This document shows, piece after piece, positions 26,040 to 39,654 of a stretch of 64,000 nt of DNA. The notes under the pieces are model-generated. The model was not told the origin of the DNA. It did no database searches and saw only the letters and a program-made list of their open reading frames with translations. The translations under genes were made by a program, and so were the position numbers. The stretch's first letter is position 1. Every line of letters begins with the position of its first letter. Source of the stretch: Lama glama (taxonomy: Eukaryota); assembly GCA_028534125.1 (NCBI GenBank), contig CM052818.1, positions 35,838,001 to 35,902,000 of the forward strand, given 5' to 3'.

Positions 26040-27000
26040 CACTCCTTCTTATTTTGGAGTTAGGCAGAGTTATAGTGTCAGAATTTTAAAACATATAGAG
26101 AAATAAAACAAAGAAATATCTATGGATCTACTACCCAGAATTAACAACAGTAAACATTTTTGATATATTTATTTTCTTTTTTAAGAAATGAAGCATTATC
26201 AATAAATCAAAAGCCCCCACACTCACACATAGCCCACTCTGTTCACTCCCTCTCATTTTGATAGAGATAACCATCATCATGAATCTAGTATATATCCTTC
26301 TGGTCAATTTTTCATATCCATCCATAAACAATATACATTAATGTTTCATGCTTTAAAACATGTATGTTTAAACTGTATACTATACCCATTCTGCATTTTG
26401 CTGACTTCATGCATTGTGTTGTTCTGGAGCTCTAGCCTTGCTGAGGTGTGTGTGGGTTTCAGTCATATGTATATGTGAACATACCACATCTTAGGCATTC
26501 CTGTATGTAAGTTGTCTATAAATTTTCATCATTACAAATTATGCCTCAATGAGTGTTCTTATAAATGGCTTCTCATTCAAATTTTCATATGTACAAGCGT
26601 AAGAATTTCTAAAGGCAATATCCAGAAGTGGAATTTCTTTTCTTTATTCTTTCTTTTTTTGTTTTTGAGACATCAACGGCACTGGGTAGGGCAGAAATGG
26701 AATTTCTGAGTGGTAGCACTTGCGTATCTTCCACTCTACTCACCATTTGTCAAACTGATTGCCAAAATGATTGTTTCACGCTCCCACTAGCAGTATGTAA
26801 GAGAATCATTTCCCCCCTATATTCTTTCCAACACTTGATATCATCAGACTTTTTTTTTAACCCATCTAATGGACGAAAATAGAATCTCATTTCAATTTGC
26901 ATTTCCCTGAATATTATAGAGACTGAATAACATAGTCGGCTATTTGGATATCCTATTATTTGGACTGGCGTTCTCTTTTCATCCATTATACTGGGTATTC
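26040..27000 (-). mobile_element. Old L1ME-like 3' fragment
   Basis: gagataaccatcatcatgaatctagtatatatccttc; ctcccactagcagtatgtaagag; atctcatttcaatttgcatttccctg. Confidence 0.7.
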
Positions 27001-27004
27001 AATA

Positions 27005-28445
27005 CATACTTTGTCTTAGTTCTGGAAATTTTTCTCAGATTATACTATTTATTCTCCTCCCCCCTTCATTTATTCTGTTTTCTCCTTTTGGAACGCCTAG
27101 TACTAGAAAGCTGACCTTCCTAGACCCTCCTTTTTCTTTTCTTTTATCTTCTGTTTATCGTTTCTTTGCCTTTCTGCTTTACTTCCTAAAAAAATTTCAA
27201 CTTATTATTCAAACTTCTATTGAGTTTTTTTTTCCTGCTACACATGCTTAATTTATAAGAATTCTTCATTCTCTGAATATCCTTTTAAAAAACCCTATTT
27301 CTGCTTTATGGATTAGCATCCCATTTTTCTGCCAGTATTTTACACACAAATGACATAGATTTATATGTGTGTATATGTGTATATGATATATGTATATTTG
27401 TATATGGCTGGATGTGTACATATATGTGTGTGTGTAAATATACACAAAAATTTCTCAGCTGCATAGCCTATTTCCTCCAAGTTGTTTGTATTTTCGTTTC
27501 TGCTAGTCACAGGAGATGCTTTCCTTAGATGCCTGATAGTATTTAGTTGTTTGAGTATAAAAAGTTTATTGAAAGCTCTAATCATGTACATGGGGCTCCT
27601 GTGACCTTCCTGTAGGACACTCTGGCCAGACCCTTTGTTAGGACGCAGATACTAATGTGAGACACCTGGCTCCCATCATCTACCACTTATTTACTCATTT
27701 GGTCAGTACCTGTATACATGTAAAGTAGTTTCAGAACTGTTAACCTGTACCCCTACAAGAAACAATTTTACCAACTAGACCACAGTTCTTTCTGCCTTTA
27801 GATTTTTCTTCTTGGGTTGGTCACATTCTTCACAGAAGATTCTTCCTGTCTCCTGCCTGGAGGATAAAGGACTCAGTTTGGGAAGCCAATAATGGAGAAG
27901 AGAGCAAGGGCTCTCAGCATTCAAAATGCTAGTGCTCATCTAATTCCCGTCCACCTTCAATGTGCCTGGTGTCCACTAGTCCAGAGGCCCTTTGTGTTAA
28001 CTTAGAGAATATATTTCAAGTCTCCCATCTGTCAAGATGGGACTAGCGCATTAGCACAGTAGCCAAGAGTAGATGAGACCCATGCATCTGTTTCTTTGCT
28101 TTTAAACAATCCTCCTTATTTTAGTCCCTGTTCCTTCTTCACCTCCACTTTCAGAGTTACACAATGCAACCACTGCCTGGGCCCTTTGAAGAATCATTAG
28201 TACAAATTCAACTGGTCCTTAGCTTTCTCCACTTAAAATAAAGCTTTCTTAGGTTTAATAAGATTGTTACCATTATTCTAACTGTTTTCCAGCCTCTAAA
28301 ATTTTGCTGTATTTTCTCCCATTTCTCTGTATCTCTTGTTTTATGACTAAACAACAACAACCCTCAATGACTTCATTTTTGTAGTTGTTTAACTAAACTA
28401 TAGTTTCAGGAGGAAACAATATTAAATGTGTGCTCAATCTACCAT
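27005..28445 (-). mobile_element. HAL1/old L1 5'-ORF1-like element
   Basis: T-rich antisense ORF1-like text followed by cctgtctcctgcctggaggataaagg. It resembles 1440-3330. Confidence 0.5.
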
Positions 28446-29629
28446 TTTTACCTCGAATCAAATACTGTGTTATTATTTGTAATATTTATTTGTTTATTTT
28501 TAATCTTCCTGTTATTTTATAATCTTTTTAAGGTTTTAAGTATGTTATTAACACCATAATCTTTTTGAGAATTTTAAAATTCACCACTTTGAAATTCTCA
28601 AGAATCAATTAGCAATTGAAATTACTCAAATACATGAAGAATTATCTGCCAGAAACAGAATTAACCATTGGCAGCAAAGCCTACGCAACAGTTTATCAGG
28701 GAAGTTTAGAAAAAGGATTAGCTTTAGAGCAATGGAATGACTCTCCATACATATACTGGTAGTCAATACTAAGGATCATGACTTTGGGAAAGCAGAAAAA
28801 AGAAATGCACCTTCCATTATCCCATAAGGTAACAGACACTGAGTGTCAAAAGAAGGTATGGTCTACTGTTCTCTTCTCTGAAGGAAGTAAAAGGAACTCT
28901 CAAACTTCTAAGGGTAATAGATTTTCTCACCCATGTTCATTAACTGTAAAGTGTGATGAAAGTAACTTGTTACTAGTAACACTTTAAATTACAACATTTA
29001 TACATTAATTTCTTTAATAACATTGATGCAGCTTGAAGGTTATCTTTATTGTAAAGTGACCTTAACTTTTCCTTTTTATGATATACTTTTTGATGAGGAG
29101 AAAAACGGATAATGTTAGCCAAAACTCCCAGTGTGCTGGGACTAGTGTCTTAGTTTAGCTAGGCTGTCATCCAGTATTAGGTCCTTATAAATAACCAACA
29201 TTAGTAGCAATTATAAATTATTTTGGTCATGTAGAGTTAAGATTCCATAGTAACTTCTGCATTCTTATTATTTCTACCCCAAATAAACTTCAAGAGAGAA
29301 AAAAAAGCACCTAAAAATTATGTGAAGAAATAAGTTTTTTCCTTGGGGTAGACTGAAAGATTTTCGTGAAAGAATGAAGAAAAAAATGATGCAACTATCT
29401 TTCCTATTAGTGATGATACAAGAGTTACACACTCCAAATCCAAGACAAACATGATTTAGGTAAAATTTGAAATCAGGCCATCCATATTAATGTTAAAAAA
29501 AACATAATTTAAAAATACATATAAAGCTTATTTTTTTGAATTCTCCTAGTAAGAACTTGCTTCTTCTTATTAACACTATCTGTAAAGAGAAGATACAGGG
29601 AAAAATTAAAATTTTGAAAATAAGATTGT

Positions 29630-29978
29630 TTATTTGTTTTTTTTGTTTGTTTGTTTTTTAACATTTTTTATTGATTTATAATCATTTTACAATGTTGTGT
29701 CAAATTCCAGTGTTCAGCACAATTTTTCAGTCATTCATGGACATATACACACTCATTGTCACATTTTTTTCTCTGTGATTTATCATAACATTTTGTGTAT
29801 ATTTCCCTGTGCTATACAGTGTAATCTTGTTTATCTATTCNNNNNNNNNNNNNNNNNNNNNNNNNNNNNNNNNNNNNNNNNNNNNNNNNNNNNNNNNNNN
29901 NNNNNNNNNNNNNNNNNNNNNNNNNNNNNNNNNNNNNNNNGTTTTTTAGATTCCACATATGAGCGATCTCATATGGTA
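29630..29978 (-). mobile_element. Young 5'-truncated lineage-specific L1 3' end containing a 100-N gap (29841-29940)
   Basis: The reverse complement matches the L1 3' end at 62970-63300 (cactggaatttgacacaacattgtaaaatgattataaatc). The T-rich tail is on the left. Confidence 0.93.
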
Positions 29979-30484
29979 CTGATTTTATTGTTCTTAAGAT
30001 TACAAAATGCTCTTATGAAAACTTTACAATCTCTCTCCAGAAAAAAACTTAATTTCTTCACACAATTTTGGGGTGTCTTAAAAACCTAGGTAAATCCATG
30101 GGTGTTGTTAGAAGACAAAATTGTATTATGTTGGGAAGATATGAAAACTGTTCCTCTGTGGTGAGAACAAGAGCTCCAAGGGAAGTGTTCTGGGACACAA
30201 ATCTTGGCAAGTGGCAAAAATTCTACCTTGAATCAGCACTAAAGAGAACCATGACCCCAAGGAAATTCTTCATGCACATGTGCAACAAGAGATATGAAGA
30301 AAAATGTTCATGCAATATTTATAAGAGCAAAAACCAGGAACAACCCAATGCCCATCAATAAAAGCATGAATTAGTAAACTTTAGTATATTGATACAATAA
30401 AATTTCACACCACTGAAATAAATTAACTGAGCTTTAGCTACACACATATGCCTACAGGCAACCATATCCCCTTCCTACAACCGA

Positions 30485-31630
30485 GGTAGTAAAGCATTAT
30501 AGTTTAAAGTATGGACTCTGTTGAAAACAGGGTAACCACAAATCAAAAGCATACAATAGAGTCACAAAGACCAAAAAGAAAACAACCTAATACAAAATAA
30601 AGTTATCAAACCACAAAAAGAAAAAAAGAACGAAAGGAACAAAGAAGAAACACCAAATCGACTGAAAAACAAAGTTTAAAATGGCAATAAACACACAGTT
30701 ACCAATAATTACCATAGATGTCAATGGACTAAATGCACCAATCAAAAGACAGAGTGGCAGACTGGATAATAAAACAAGAGCCTACAATATGCTGCCTACA
30801 AGAGACCCACTTTAGGGTGAAGGATACACAGAGACTGAAAGTGAGAGAATGGAAAAAATATTTCAGACAAATGGAAATGACAAGAAGCAGAAGTAGCAAT
30901 ACTCATATTAGACAAAACAGACTTTAAAACAAAGACCATAAAGAAAGACATAGAAGGACACTATATATGATAAGAATAACAATACAAGAAGAGGATATTA
31001 TACTTAACATACATGCACCTAAATATATAAAACAAATACTAACAGACATAAAGGGAGAAATTAATGGGAACACAATAATAGTAGGAGACTTTAACACTCC
31101 ACTAACACCAGTGGATATCTTCCAGACAGAAAAATCAGTAAGACAACAGAGACACTAAATGACACAATAGAACAGCTGGACTTAGCTGATATTTTTAGGA
31201 CATTACATGCCCCCCGCAACCAGAATATATATTCTTTTCAAGTGCGAATGGAACATTCTTGAGGATAGACCACATGCTCAGGCACAAAAGCAGCCTCAAC
31301 AAATTCAAGAGGATAGAAATTATTTCAAGCATCTTTTCTGACCACAATGGCATGAAATTGGAAATCAATCACAGGGGGAAAAAATGAGAAAAAAATGACT
31401 GCATGGAGACTAAATAACATGCTACTAAAGTATGGACTCTGGAGCCCAACTGCACCATCACTAACTTTCTGACGTTAACCTTTCCATGAATCAGTTTCCA
31501 CATCACAAAAAAGCAGGATAATACTTGTACCTACTCTAGAGTTGTTAGGAGACTAAACATTTAATATTTTTAAGTCATTTAAAACAGTACCTGGCACATG
31601 GCAAACACCATGAAGTGTTTGATTAATAAA
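30485..31630 (+). mobile_element. MIR split in two by an L1 insertion
   Basis: The head gcattatagtttaaagtatggactctg (to 30520) resumes as gagcc...cagtttccacatc...ggataata...cctggcacatgg (31442-31630). Confidence 0.75.
30521..31425 (+). mobile_element. Internal L1 fragment (inter-ORF region plus ORF2 endonuclease domain, frameshifted) with TSD and no poly(A)
   Basis: ORF2 ATG at 30681 (MAINTQLPIITIDVNGLNAPIKR). Endonuclease motifs ICCLQETH and IIVGDFNTPL appear in ORFs 30733..30927 and 30967..31158. A perfect 16-bp direct repeat, taaagtatggactctg, lies at 30505-30520 and 31426-31441. Confidence 0.93.
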
Positions 31631-31988
31631 CAGACCACAGTCAACCAAGTTTAATATCTCTTCTACTTGGCAGCCACCCTTCCAATACATGATGGTAGCC
31701 AGCATGTTTTCCCTTAGTTTTTGCCACACTTAAGTATCATATAGTTCTTTAATTATTTGTTTCAGTAATATATATCTAGGAAATTTTACGTACTTTCACA
31801 CGGCTTTTATTTTTAATTCTCATTCTGCTTCTAGGGAGATATTAATACTTAAATTCTACATTTTAAAGAAAATAAATTTTTTTAAAGTACAGTAAGAAGC
31901 CAATCCAGAATACTATTGTATCTTAATTTCTATTTCTTGCTCCTCTTTTTTTTTTAAAGGGCAGATTATAGCCTTAGAAGCAAAACTG

Positions 31989-32552
31989 TTCATAGCAGCA
32001 CTGTTTACAATAGCCAGGACATGGAAACAATCTAAATGTCCATCAACAGATGACTAGATAAAGAAGATGTGGTATATTTATACAATGGAATACTATTCAG
32101 CTATAAAAACCTACAACATAACACCATTTGCAACAACATGGATGTTCCTGGAGAATGTCATTCTAAGTGAAGTAAGCCAGAAAGAGAAAGAAAAATAATA
32201 TATGAGATTGCTCATATGTGGAATCTAAAAAAAACAAACAAACAACAACAAAAAAAACAAACATAAATACAAAACAGAAACAGACTCATAGACATAGAAT
32301 ATAAACTTGTGGTTGCCAAGGGGGCGGGGGGTGGGAAGGGACAGAGTGGGATTTCAAAATGTAGAAAAGATTAACAAGATTATAGTGTATAGCACAGGGA
32401 AATATATACAAGATCTTGTGGTAGCTCACAGCGAAAAAAAAGTGACAATGAATATATGCATGTTCATGTATACCTGAAAAATTGTGCTCTACACTGGAAT
32501 TTGACACAACATTGTAAAATGACTATAACTCAATAAAAAAAGTTTATAAAAA
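31989..32552 (+). mobile_element. Young 5'-truncated L1 (ORF2 C-terminus and 3'UTR)
   Basis: Very similar to 62833-63300, with a G-rich 3'UTR tract and AATAAA. The short direct repeat caaaactg lies at 31981-31988 and 32555-32562. Confidence 0.95.
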
Positions 32553-34844
32553 CCCAAAACTGCCTGCATATCAACTACTAAATCTAAAATATTAATGACT
32601 CTTACATCCATCTTTACATTTACATTAAAGAGATAAATTCTGAAAAGCCTAGACTAGTGGATTTCAATACTACTAACTCTGTATATACTATAAACACATC
32701 TATTTTGGAGACAAGTTATTCTCAAGAGAATGCTCCTAGTGTTTTTTGCTATATTCTAAGCTTCACACCTGCAAGCATCTGCCTACTTATTAAGGAGTTC
32801 CAAACTAAACTCCTCCATTTTCCTTTTCCTTGATTCTTCCCTATTTAAAAAAAAAAAAAAAAAGCATCTTCACACCAACCCAATTGTTGCTACTAGAAAG
32901 AAACCCAGATATCACCCTTAAATTATTTTCCACTTCACATCATATAAACACTCAATCACCAAGCCCCATCTAGTTTATTTCAAAAATAAATCATCAGTCC
33001 ACAGGCATACAAATCCAATACCCTATTCCCGCTTACCATTCTTCCATGAGGTTTTACCTCACAACAGAACCCCAAACTTACAACATAGCCACTCTCTCCA
33101 TTGTACACACTATGCTTTAGCCACACTGGTCTGTCCTCAGTTCCTCTCTACACCCCAGTCTTTTTTCCCTACTCCAAACCCTTCATTACAATATATTCTC
33201 TGCTGTGAATAATCCCTCTTATCTTCTTCACATGCTCAATTCCCACTCACTATTCAAGTCTCAGCTAAAATCCTACTTCTGTTACTCCACTAATCAAAAT
33301 TAGCCCTCCAATACACTTTCATAGCACTTTCTTTTCCTTCTTAGCATTTTTCATAATTTTTATTCACATGCTTGTTTGTGTGATTATATGTTTACAGCTT
33401 ATCTCCCTCCCTAGACAATAAGCCCCCAAGAGAGATGTTTTTTCACTGGCATAGAGTAGGTACACAACATTTTAAAATGTTAATTTGTGGAATTAGTGAA
33501 CCTGTTCTAATTCAACAATGGTAGTACAGTTACACACTCAAGGAGAATGAGGATCATTAAACTGGTCAAAGGACATTACAAATCTTTCTAAACAAACCCA
33601 AGGGGAGTATCAGTGGCATTGAGGTGGGCATACTAGATTATTAATGTAAGGGATTAGGCAAAGTTTTGGAGGTGACAACACAGAGAGAAAAAAAGCTTAA
33701 AGCAGTAAGACTATGGGATTAGTCTCTACTAATTAGAATGCCCATTTCTGTGACTTCATTCTGTAATGTAATTTACCTCTCTGTTTTTTGCCACAAGACA
33801 AAACACCAGGGTCCACATTCAAAGGACTAAAAATGAAATGTAACACCTAAACTACAAGAGTTTAGTTCTTTTCTAAAGAGCTCTACTAAACTAAAAGGCA
33901 GTTGTTGAGGACTATCAAAAGTAAAATGAAAGAATAAAGAAACATAGAAGTAAACAAGACTTGTCTAAGGGCACACACAGACTTTGTATAAGAGCCAGGA
34001 CTGGCATCCTTGCCTTCTAATTTCTAATGAAATGTTCTTTTTAAAATTATAAACAACTATACTGAGGTATAATTGAACACTAAATCATATATGTTTAAAG
34101 TGTACAAGTTGATCCACTTCGACGTATGTATTCAGCTGTGAAACTGAAACCATCACCACAATAAAGATAAGTATTTTCACTGCCCTAAAAACAAACAAAC
34201 AAACAAAACAACAACCAACTAAGGTAGTATTCTAAATCTCCAAAAATTACTGCAGAATGCTCAGATAGGATTTTAGAAGTTGGCATTTTACTAAGGCCTA
34301 AAATAAAGCAAAGGTTAGACCATTTTCAATACCAGTTAAAACTGCAATATACATCATCAGATGAGTGTTTGCAAAACATATTTTTCTATGTGCAGGCTCT
34401 ATTTGCTCCATATCTGTCAAATGACAAAGACGGTCTTACTGCCTCTTCATACCTCTCAAGGGCAGCAAAGAATAGATACTAAAGTTAACTGATAAAACTA
34501 TTTGTATCTAGATATTTCCATTTCTTTTTATGATATTTCTAAATTATATTTTACCTTTTAAAATAGAGAACTGAGCAGCATATGTGCTTAAAGGTTTTAA
34601 CAAGTACTTTCATTTTTTAATACAAAATTATAATCATGCTAATTTGTGACTACATTTAACTAGAACCTTCCATATACTGACATGACATATCTTGGGGGGG
34701 AGGTGGGGTACAGACAATAACCAGAGGCCTATCCTTATGACTTAAAAAACAGGTAATACATTAGCAAGGTATTTTTAAGTCAAATAATAAAATATTTTCT
34801 TCTTATTTCTTTTACTCAGTACACATCATTTCTTTTATAACAGA

Positions 34845-35090
34845 GTCACTCAATCCTCAAATATTTGAGAGCCCAATATGCGGTAAACACTGAACAAGGT
34901 GCTGGGGTACAGCACTGAACAAGAGAGATGAAGTTCTTGATCTTTGAAGCTCATATTCAAATGGCAGGGGAAGATCAGTAAATAAAGCCAGAAAACTTGA
35001 GGTAGAGTTACTAGGGGAGCTAGCTACTTTAGATTAAGTGATTAAGGAGAGTTTATACATGAGGGTAACATCTGAGCTGAGACTACAAAT
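34845..35090 (-). mobile_element. L2 fragment
   Basis: cactcaatcctcaaatatttgagagcccaatatg...ggtgctggggtacagcactgaacaagagaga. Confidence 0.7.
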
Positions 35091-35724
35091 AAAAAAAACT
35101 AAATCCCCAAATTATTTCAGAAATGAATGATTTCATAGTATGTGTATAATAAAAACTTAGCAGAAAGAACATCTTACCCTCTTTCACTAATTGTGAACCT
35201 TTCATTATTACCTATATGATGCCTATATTTGTATATCCGGTCATCCAAACACCCAAAATTAAATGAGCTAAAAATAAAATGTTCATCACTATCCCTCAAA
35301 GTCACTACTAAGTACACTGCTATCACTAGCAATCACACTACTATTTTCCCAGTTATTTAGTTTCTTAGAACTGTTTAACTCCGCTCTTCTTGCATTTCCT
35401 AATATTCACTTCAATAATAACTACTGTTAATTCTTTCTCCTTCTTGTCTATCAAACCTGTAACTGGTTCAGTTTTTCAAAATCATCATTACACTCGACAC
35501 TGTTAGCAATCCAAGTCTGAGGTACTTCAGCAGCATGTATAACCTCTACTCCTGGTCTGCCCATACAGTGCATCCTGCTAAACAATTTCCCACCTCCCCC
35601 TGTTCAAAATGTCACACCCCTAGTCACCACTCAACAGTGCCTTTCCATAGTTTCCATAAAGAATTTGCACTCCTGTTACCTAGCATTCAAGGTCTCCTAT
35701 TTTCACAGTCACTAACAACAGAGC

Positions 35725-36445
35725 TTAAAGATAGAAGTGACAACTAAATGGAGAAAAACAGATACACATTACAGTTGGAGAGTTTAACACTCCTCTCTCA
35801 GCAACTGATAGAAGAAACAAAGTCCCTCTGAAAAGAAAATCAATATTTAGAAAATGTGAACAATACTATCAGCCACCTTGACCTAATAATTGACATTTTT
35901 AGAAAACTATGCCCCCAAACATATTTTTCAAGTGCATGTAGTACTTTCACTAAGAGAGGCTGTCTGCTGATAAGTCAAAATAAATTTTAAAAGACTAAGC
36001 ATCAGAATGTATTGTTTGAACACAAATGAAATAAATTAAAAATCAGTTACAATAAGATTTAGGGGGAAAAAAAACTCCAAATATTTTAAATTACATTTCT
36101 AAATAATCCATGAAGTAAAAAAAAAAAAATTAAAAGAAAAAAGAAGTTTGAAAATGTTTCAAATGTAATGATAATTAAAAACATATATATATACTATACA
36201 AGAATTTGTAAAATGCAGTGAAAGTGTTTAGAAGCGAGGGAATTTTACAGCTTAAATTTTTAAGCATTTAAGTGTTTATATCCAGGAGAGAAAAAGCTTC
36301 TCTCAGGTTCTATTTTAAGAAGCTGGGGGAGAGGGACAAAAAAGTAAAGTAAATCCAAAGGAAACAGAAGAAAGAAAATAACAAAAGCAGAGATCAATAA
36401 AAAGGAAGAGAGAAAATGAGCAAAAGTTAGTTCCTTGAAAAAATG
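35725..36445 (+). mobile_element. Old L1 ORF2 endonuclease remnant
   Basis: acagttggagagtttaacactcctctctcagcaactgataga (a decayed VGDFNTPLS motif); tttcaagtgcatgtagtactttcac. Confidence 0.8.
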
Positions 36446-36565
36446 GCCATTAACGCAGCTTCACTTTTCCTTCAACCTTGTCTGAAATCAACATGACGAG
36501 CATCTCCCAGTCTTCAGCCACAAAGGATACTCATCTTCCACTGCCAGCCTCCTGATCTTCTACAC

Positions 36566-36894
36566 CAGGGGTCAGCAAACTATGGTTTCCAGGCCAAATA
36601 GGGTCCAGCACCTAATTTTGTGTGGTCCATGAGCCAAGAATGGCTTTTATATTTTGAGATGGTTTTTAAAAATCAAAGGAATAATATTTCATGACACAAG
36701 AAAACTATATGAAATTCAATTTCAGTGTCCATAAACAAAATTTTGTTGAAATACAGGCATGCTCCTTTGTTTACTTATTTATTGTCTACGGCTGCTTTTG
36801 CACTGCACTGGCTGTGTTGAGAGCTGCTGCATGGCCAGCAATGCCTGAAATATTTACTATCTGATCCTTTACAGAAAAAGTTTGCCAACTCCTA
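36566..36894 (+). mobile_element. MER58B-like hAT-Charlie element
   Basis: TIRs CAGGGGTCAGCAAACT ... AGTTTGCCAACTCCTA; ~330 bp; subterminal gcctgaaatatttactatctgatcctttacagaaaa. Confidence 0.9.
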
Positions 36895-37437
36895 CTCTAT
36901 AGATACTCCTCCACCTCCCTCCTTTCCCTTCTGTCAATTCATGCATCTACCCCAAGAATCAGTTCAAAAATCCTCTTACGAGCAATGTCGCTTTTAGTTC
37001 TTTGAAAAATATCCTGTTCAGAATCTTCTGTGTAGTTTTGTAAAGCACTTAATACTTTTTATGCTTATATGTTGGATTCCTGATTTAGCATAAGTTTCCT
37101 AAGAAAGGGGCTGTACCTATTATCAACAAAATCCCAAGTAAATGGGCCAGGGCTAAGGAAGGCACCCCTGCCTCCTCTCCCCTAAAGAAAGACCAAAGAG
37201 GGAGGGGAATGAGGGGGCATGAATCAACTGGGAACTGAAAATGCACACATTAAGTTACTTTTTATTTATTAAAGAAAATACAGAAGTTTAACCTATCTAC
37301 TTTCTTAAATGTTTATTTTCTCTAATTATAAAGTAACTACTCATTGATTTATGAATCAAGGATAGGAAATAAAAATTTACTTAACCACCAAGTTTTCTAG
37401 AATTAGTAATATATTATGTCCCCTCTTTCCCCTAAAT

Positions 37438-38243
37438 CAGTGGTTTTAAAATTTTTTGGATGAAGGACCCCTTTACACTTTAAAAAATTACTGAGGACTC
37501 CAAAGAGGCTTAATTTATATGAGTTATCACTATCTATTGCATTATAAATTAAATTTAAACTGAGAAATTTTTAGAACATTTACTAGTCCTTTAATAACCC
37601 ATTTTTTTTCTTTACTATAAATATAAACCACTGAGAAGAGAGTAACTTCAAATACAGTTGGGTACCATTGCCTTGATTTGTGGGTGAGTCACCAGCTTTA
37701 CCTTCCATTACTTTTGTACTCTCAGTGCAAATATCTACCTACACATTATAAAAGGCAAATAACACTTCAGTATTATTAATAAAACAATTCTGATGCTGTG
37801 GACCTCGTGAAAAGGTCTTGGGGACTCTGTTAGAGATTGAATTGTGTCCCTCCCCCCAAATTCGTATGTTGATGTCCTAACAATGTTGATTACCCAAAGT
37901 GACTATATTCAGAGATATGGTGTTTAAGAAGATCCTTAAGGTTAAATAAGGTCATAAAGGTGGGGCCTTAAGTCAACAGGATTAGTTCCTTATAAGAAGA
38001 TGAAGGGACACCAGGAGTACATAGAAGAGAGGTCATGTTAAGACACAGCAAGAAGTTGGTATTTTGCAAGCTATGAAGAAAGACTTTATCAGAAATCAAC
38101 CCTGCAGCACCTTGATATTAGACTTCTAGTACCCATAACACTGAGAAAATTAATTTCTGCTGTTTAAGCCACCAAGTCTGTAGTATTATGTTATGGCAAC
38201 ATGAGCAGAATTTGTTCCACAGACCATATTTTGAGAATTTTTG
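37438..38243 (+). mobile_element. Charlie4a-like hAT element interrupted by a MaLR LTR
   Basis: It starts cagtggttttaaaatttttt...ggacccctttacactttaaaaaattactgaggac. The right end ccacagaccatattttgagaatttttg follows the LTR. Confidence 0.75.
37828..38215 (+). mobile_element. MaLR solo LTR (MLT1A/B-like)
   Basis: tgttagagattgaattgtgtccctccccccaaattcgtatgttga...aatttctgctgtttaagccaccaagtctgtagtattatgttatggca. Confidence 0.9.
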
Positions 38244-39441
38244 CTTTACGTGTATATTTCTTATTATCTCTTTCTTTGCTCTTAAGGAAGCAGGCAAAGA
38301 TCCTTTCAAAGAAAGGTTCCAGAGCTTAGAAAAGGAAAATAAGATGAGATGCCATCCAGGAACACTGAAGAACAGAAATTCCTAGATTAAAAATAGAAAA
38401 AGTAAGAAAGCTCAACAGATAATCCATATAAGCTGGGCTCTCCCACCAATCTACACCAGATTCCCCAAAGCCTATGTTACTTAGATACTGCTGTGAAGTC
38501 TAAGCCATACGCTTACTATATAACTGCTCTGAATTGTCACCTCTAACTCCTTTTAATCCTTTGAACCCTTATCTTTCGCTTGGATTTCTAGAATTTGGCT
38601 AGGGAGATTTAAGGTGAACCTTCCGCCAATCCTAACAGCAATATTCTCTCTGAGCTTTCAGATGCATTCTCAGAAACTATACTCGACTGGTTGTCATCAG
38701 CTTCTTCTCAATATCCTTTCAATGTCTGGTAAATGCAGACATAACCAACAGCTCAGTCTTAGCCCTCTTTTCTTCAGTGCCCGTGTAAACACACATGAGT
38801 ATACACACACACATAAACACACATTCATGCACACATGAACACTCATATGCATGTGCACATTTTCTCTTTCTTTAGAGAAGTACCAATATTCCTCTATATC
38901 AAATTTGAAGACTCTATTGAGTATCTTATATATGACATAATAAATTTAACTTACTAGGAAAAACATAGACATAAAGCTACTTACAAATTTAAGCTGGAAA
39001 CCATAAAGAAACTGATCATTTCAAACTATGAAACAATGAAAAATTCCTAGCAATGAAAACAATCTCATTAATCTCATAAATGACCAAGTTAACATCCCCA
39101 GAAAAAAAGGCAAAGAGCAAACATAAGTGATATATGTAAGATGATTTGCAACTGGACAATAAAATGAAAGTACAGCCAATCTTATTAATTGTTTGAATTA
39201 AATTAAAATTAAGGCAAAGTAATTTCTCATCTATCAGACAGGCAAAAGATTTGAAAAGACTGACAAAATTTAAAAAGGACTGGTGAGGGTCTAAGGAAAT
39301 ATGCAATGTCTAGCACTGTTGTCAGGAATGTAAATGGTTCTACTTTTCTGGAGTTGCTAAAATAAAAAAACGTAAATAAAAAGCAATCAATCTTATAAGA
39401 ACTTGTCCTCATCTTATAGTCAAAGTGCATTCAGTGTAGGG

Positions 39442-39654
39442 CACTGATTCTCAGCTGGGACCTACAGTACCCTTCAGGGAACATTTAGCAATGTTTGGAG
39501 ATGTTTTTGGTTGTCAGTTTGGGGTAGGAAATGCTACTAGTATCTAGTGGGTAAAGCCAGAGGTCATAAGCTGAACATCCTATAATGCAAAGGGTAGCCC
39601 CCACAACAATTATCTGACCCAAAACATCAACAGTGCTGAGACTGAAAAACCCTA
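39442..39654 (+). mobile_element. MER20-like hAT element
   Basis: cactgattctcagctggg...gcaatgtttggagatgtttttggttgtca...gtgctgagactgaaaaacccta; homologous to 9409-9656. Confidence 0.85.
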
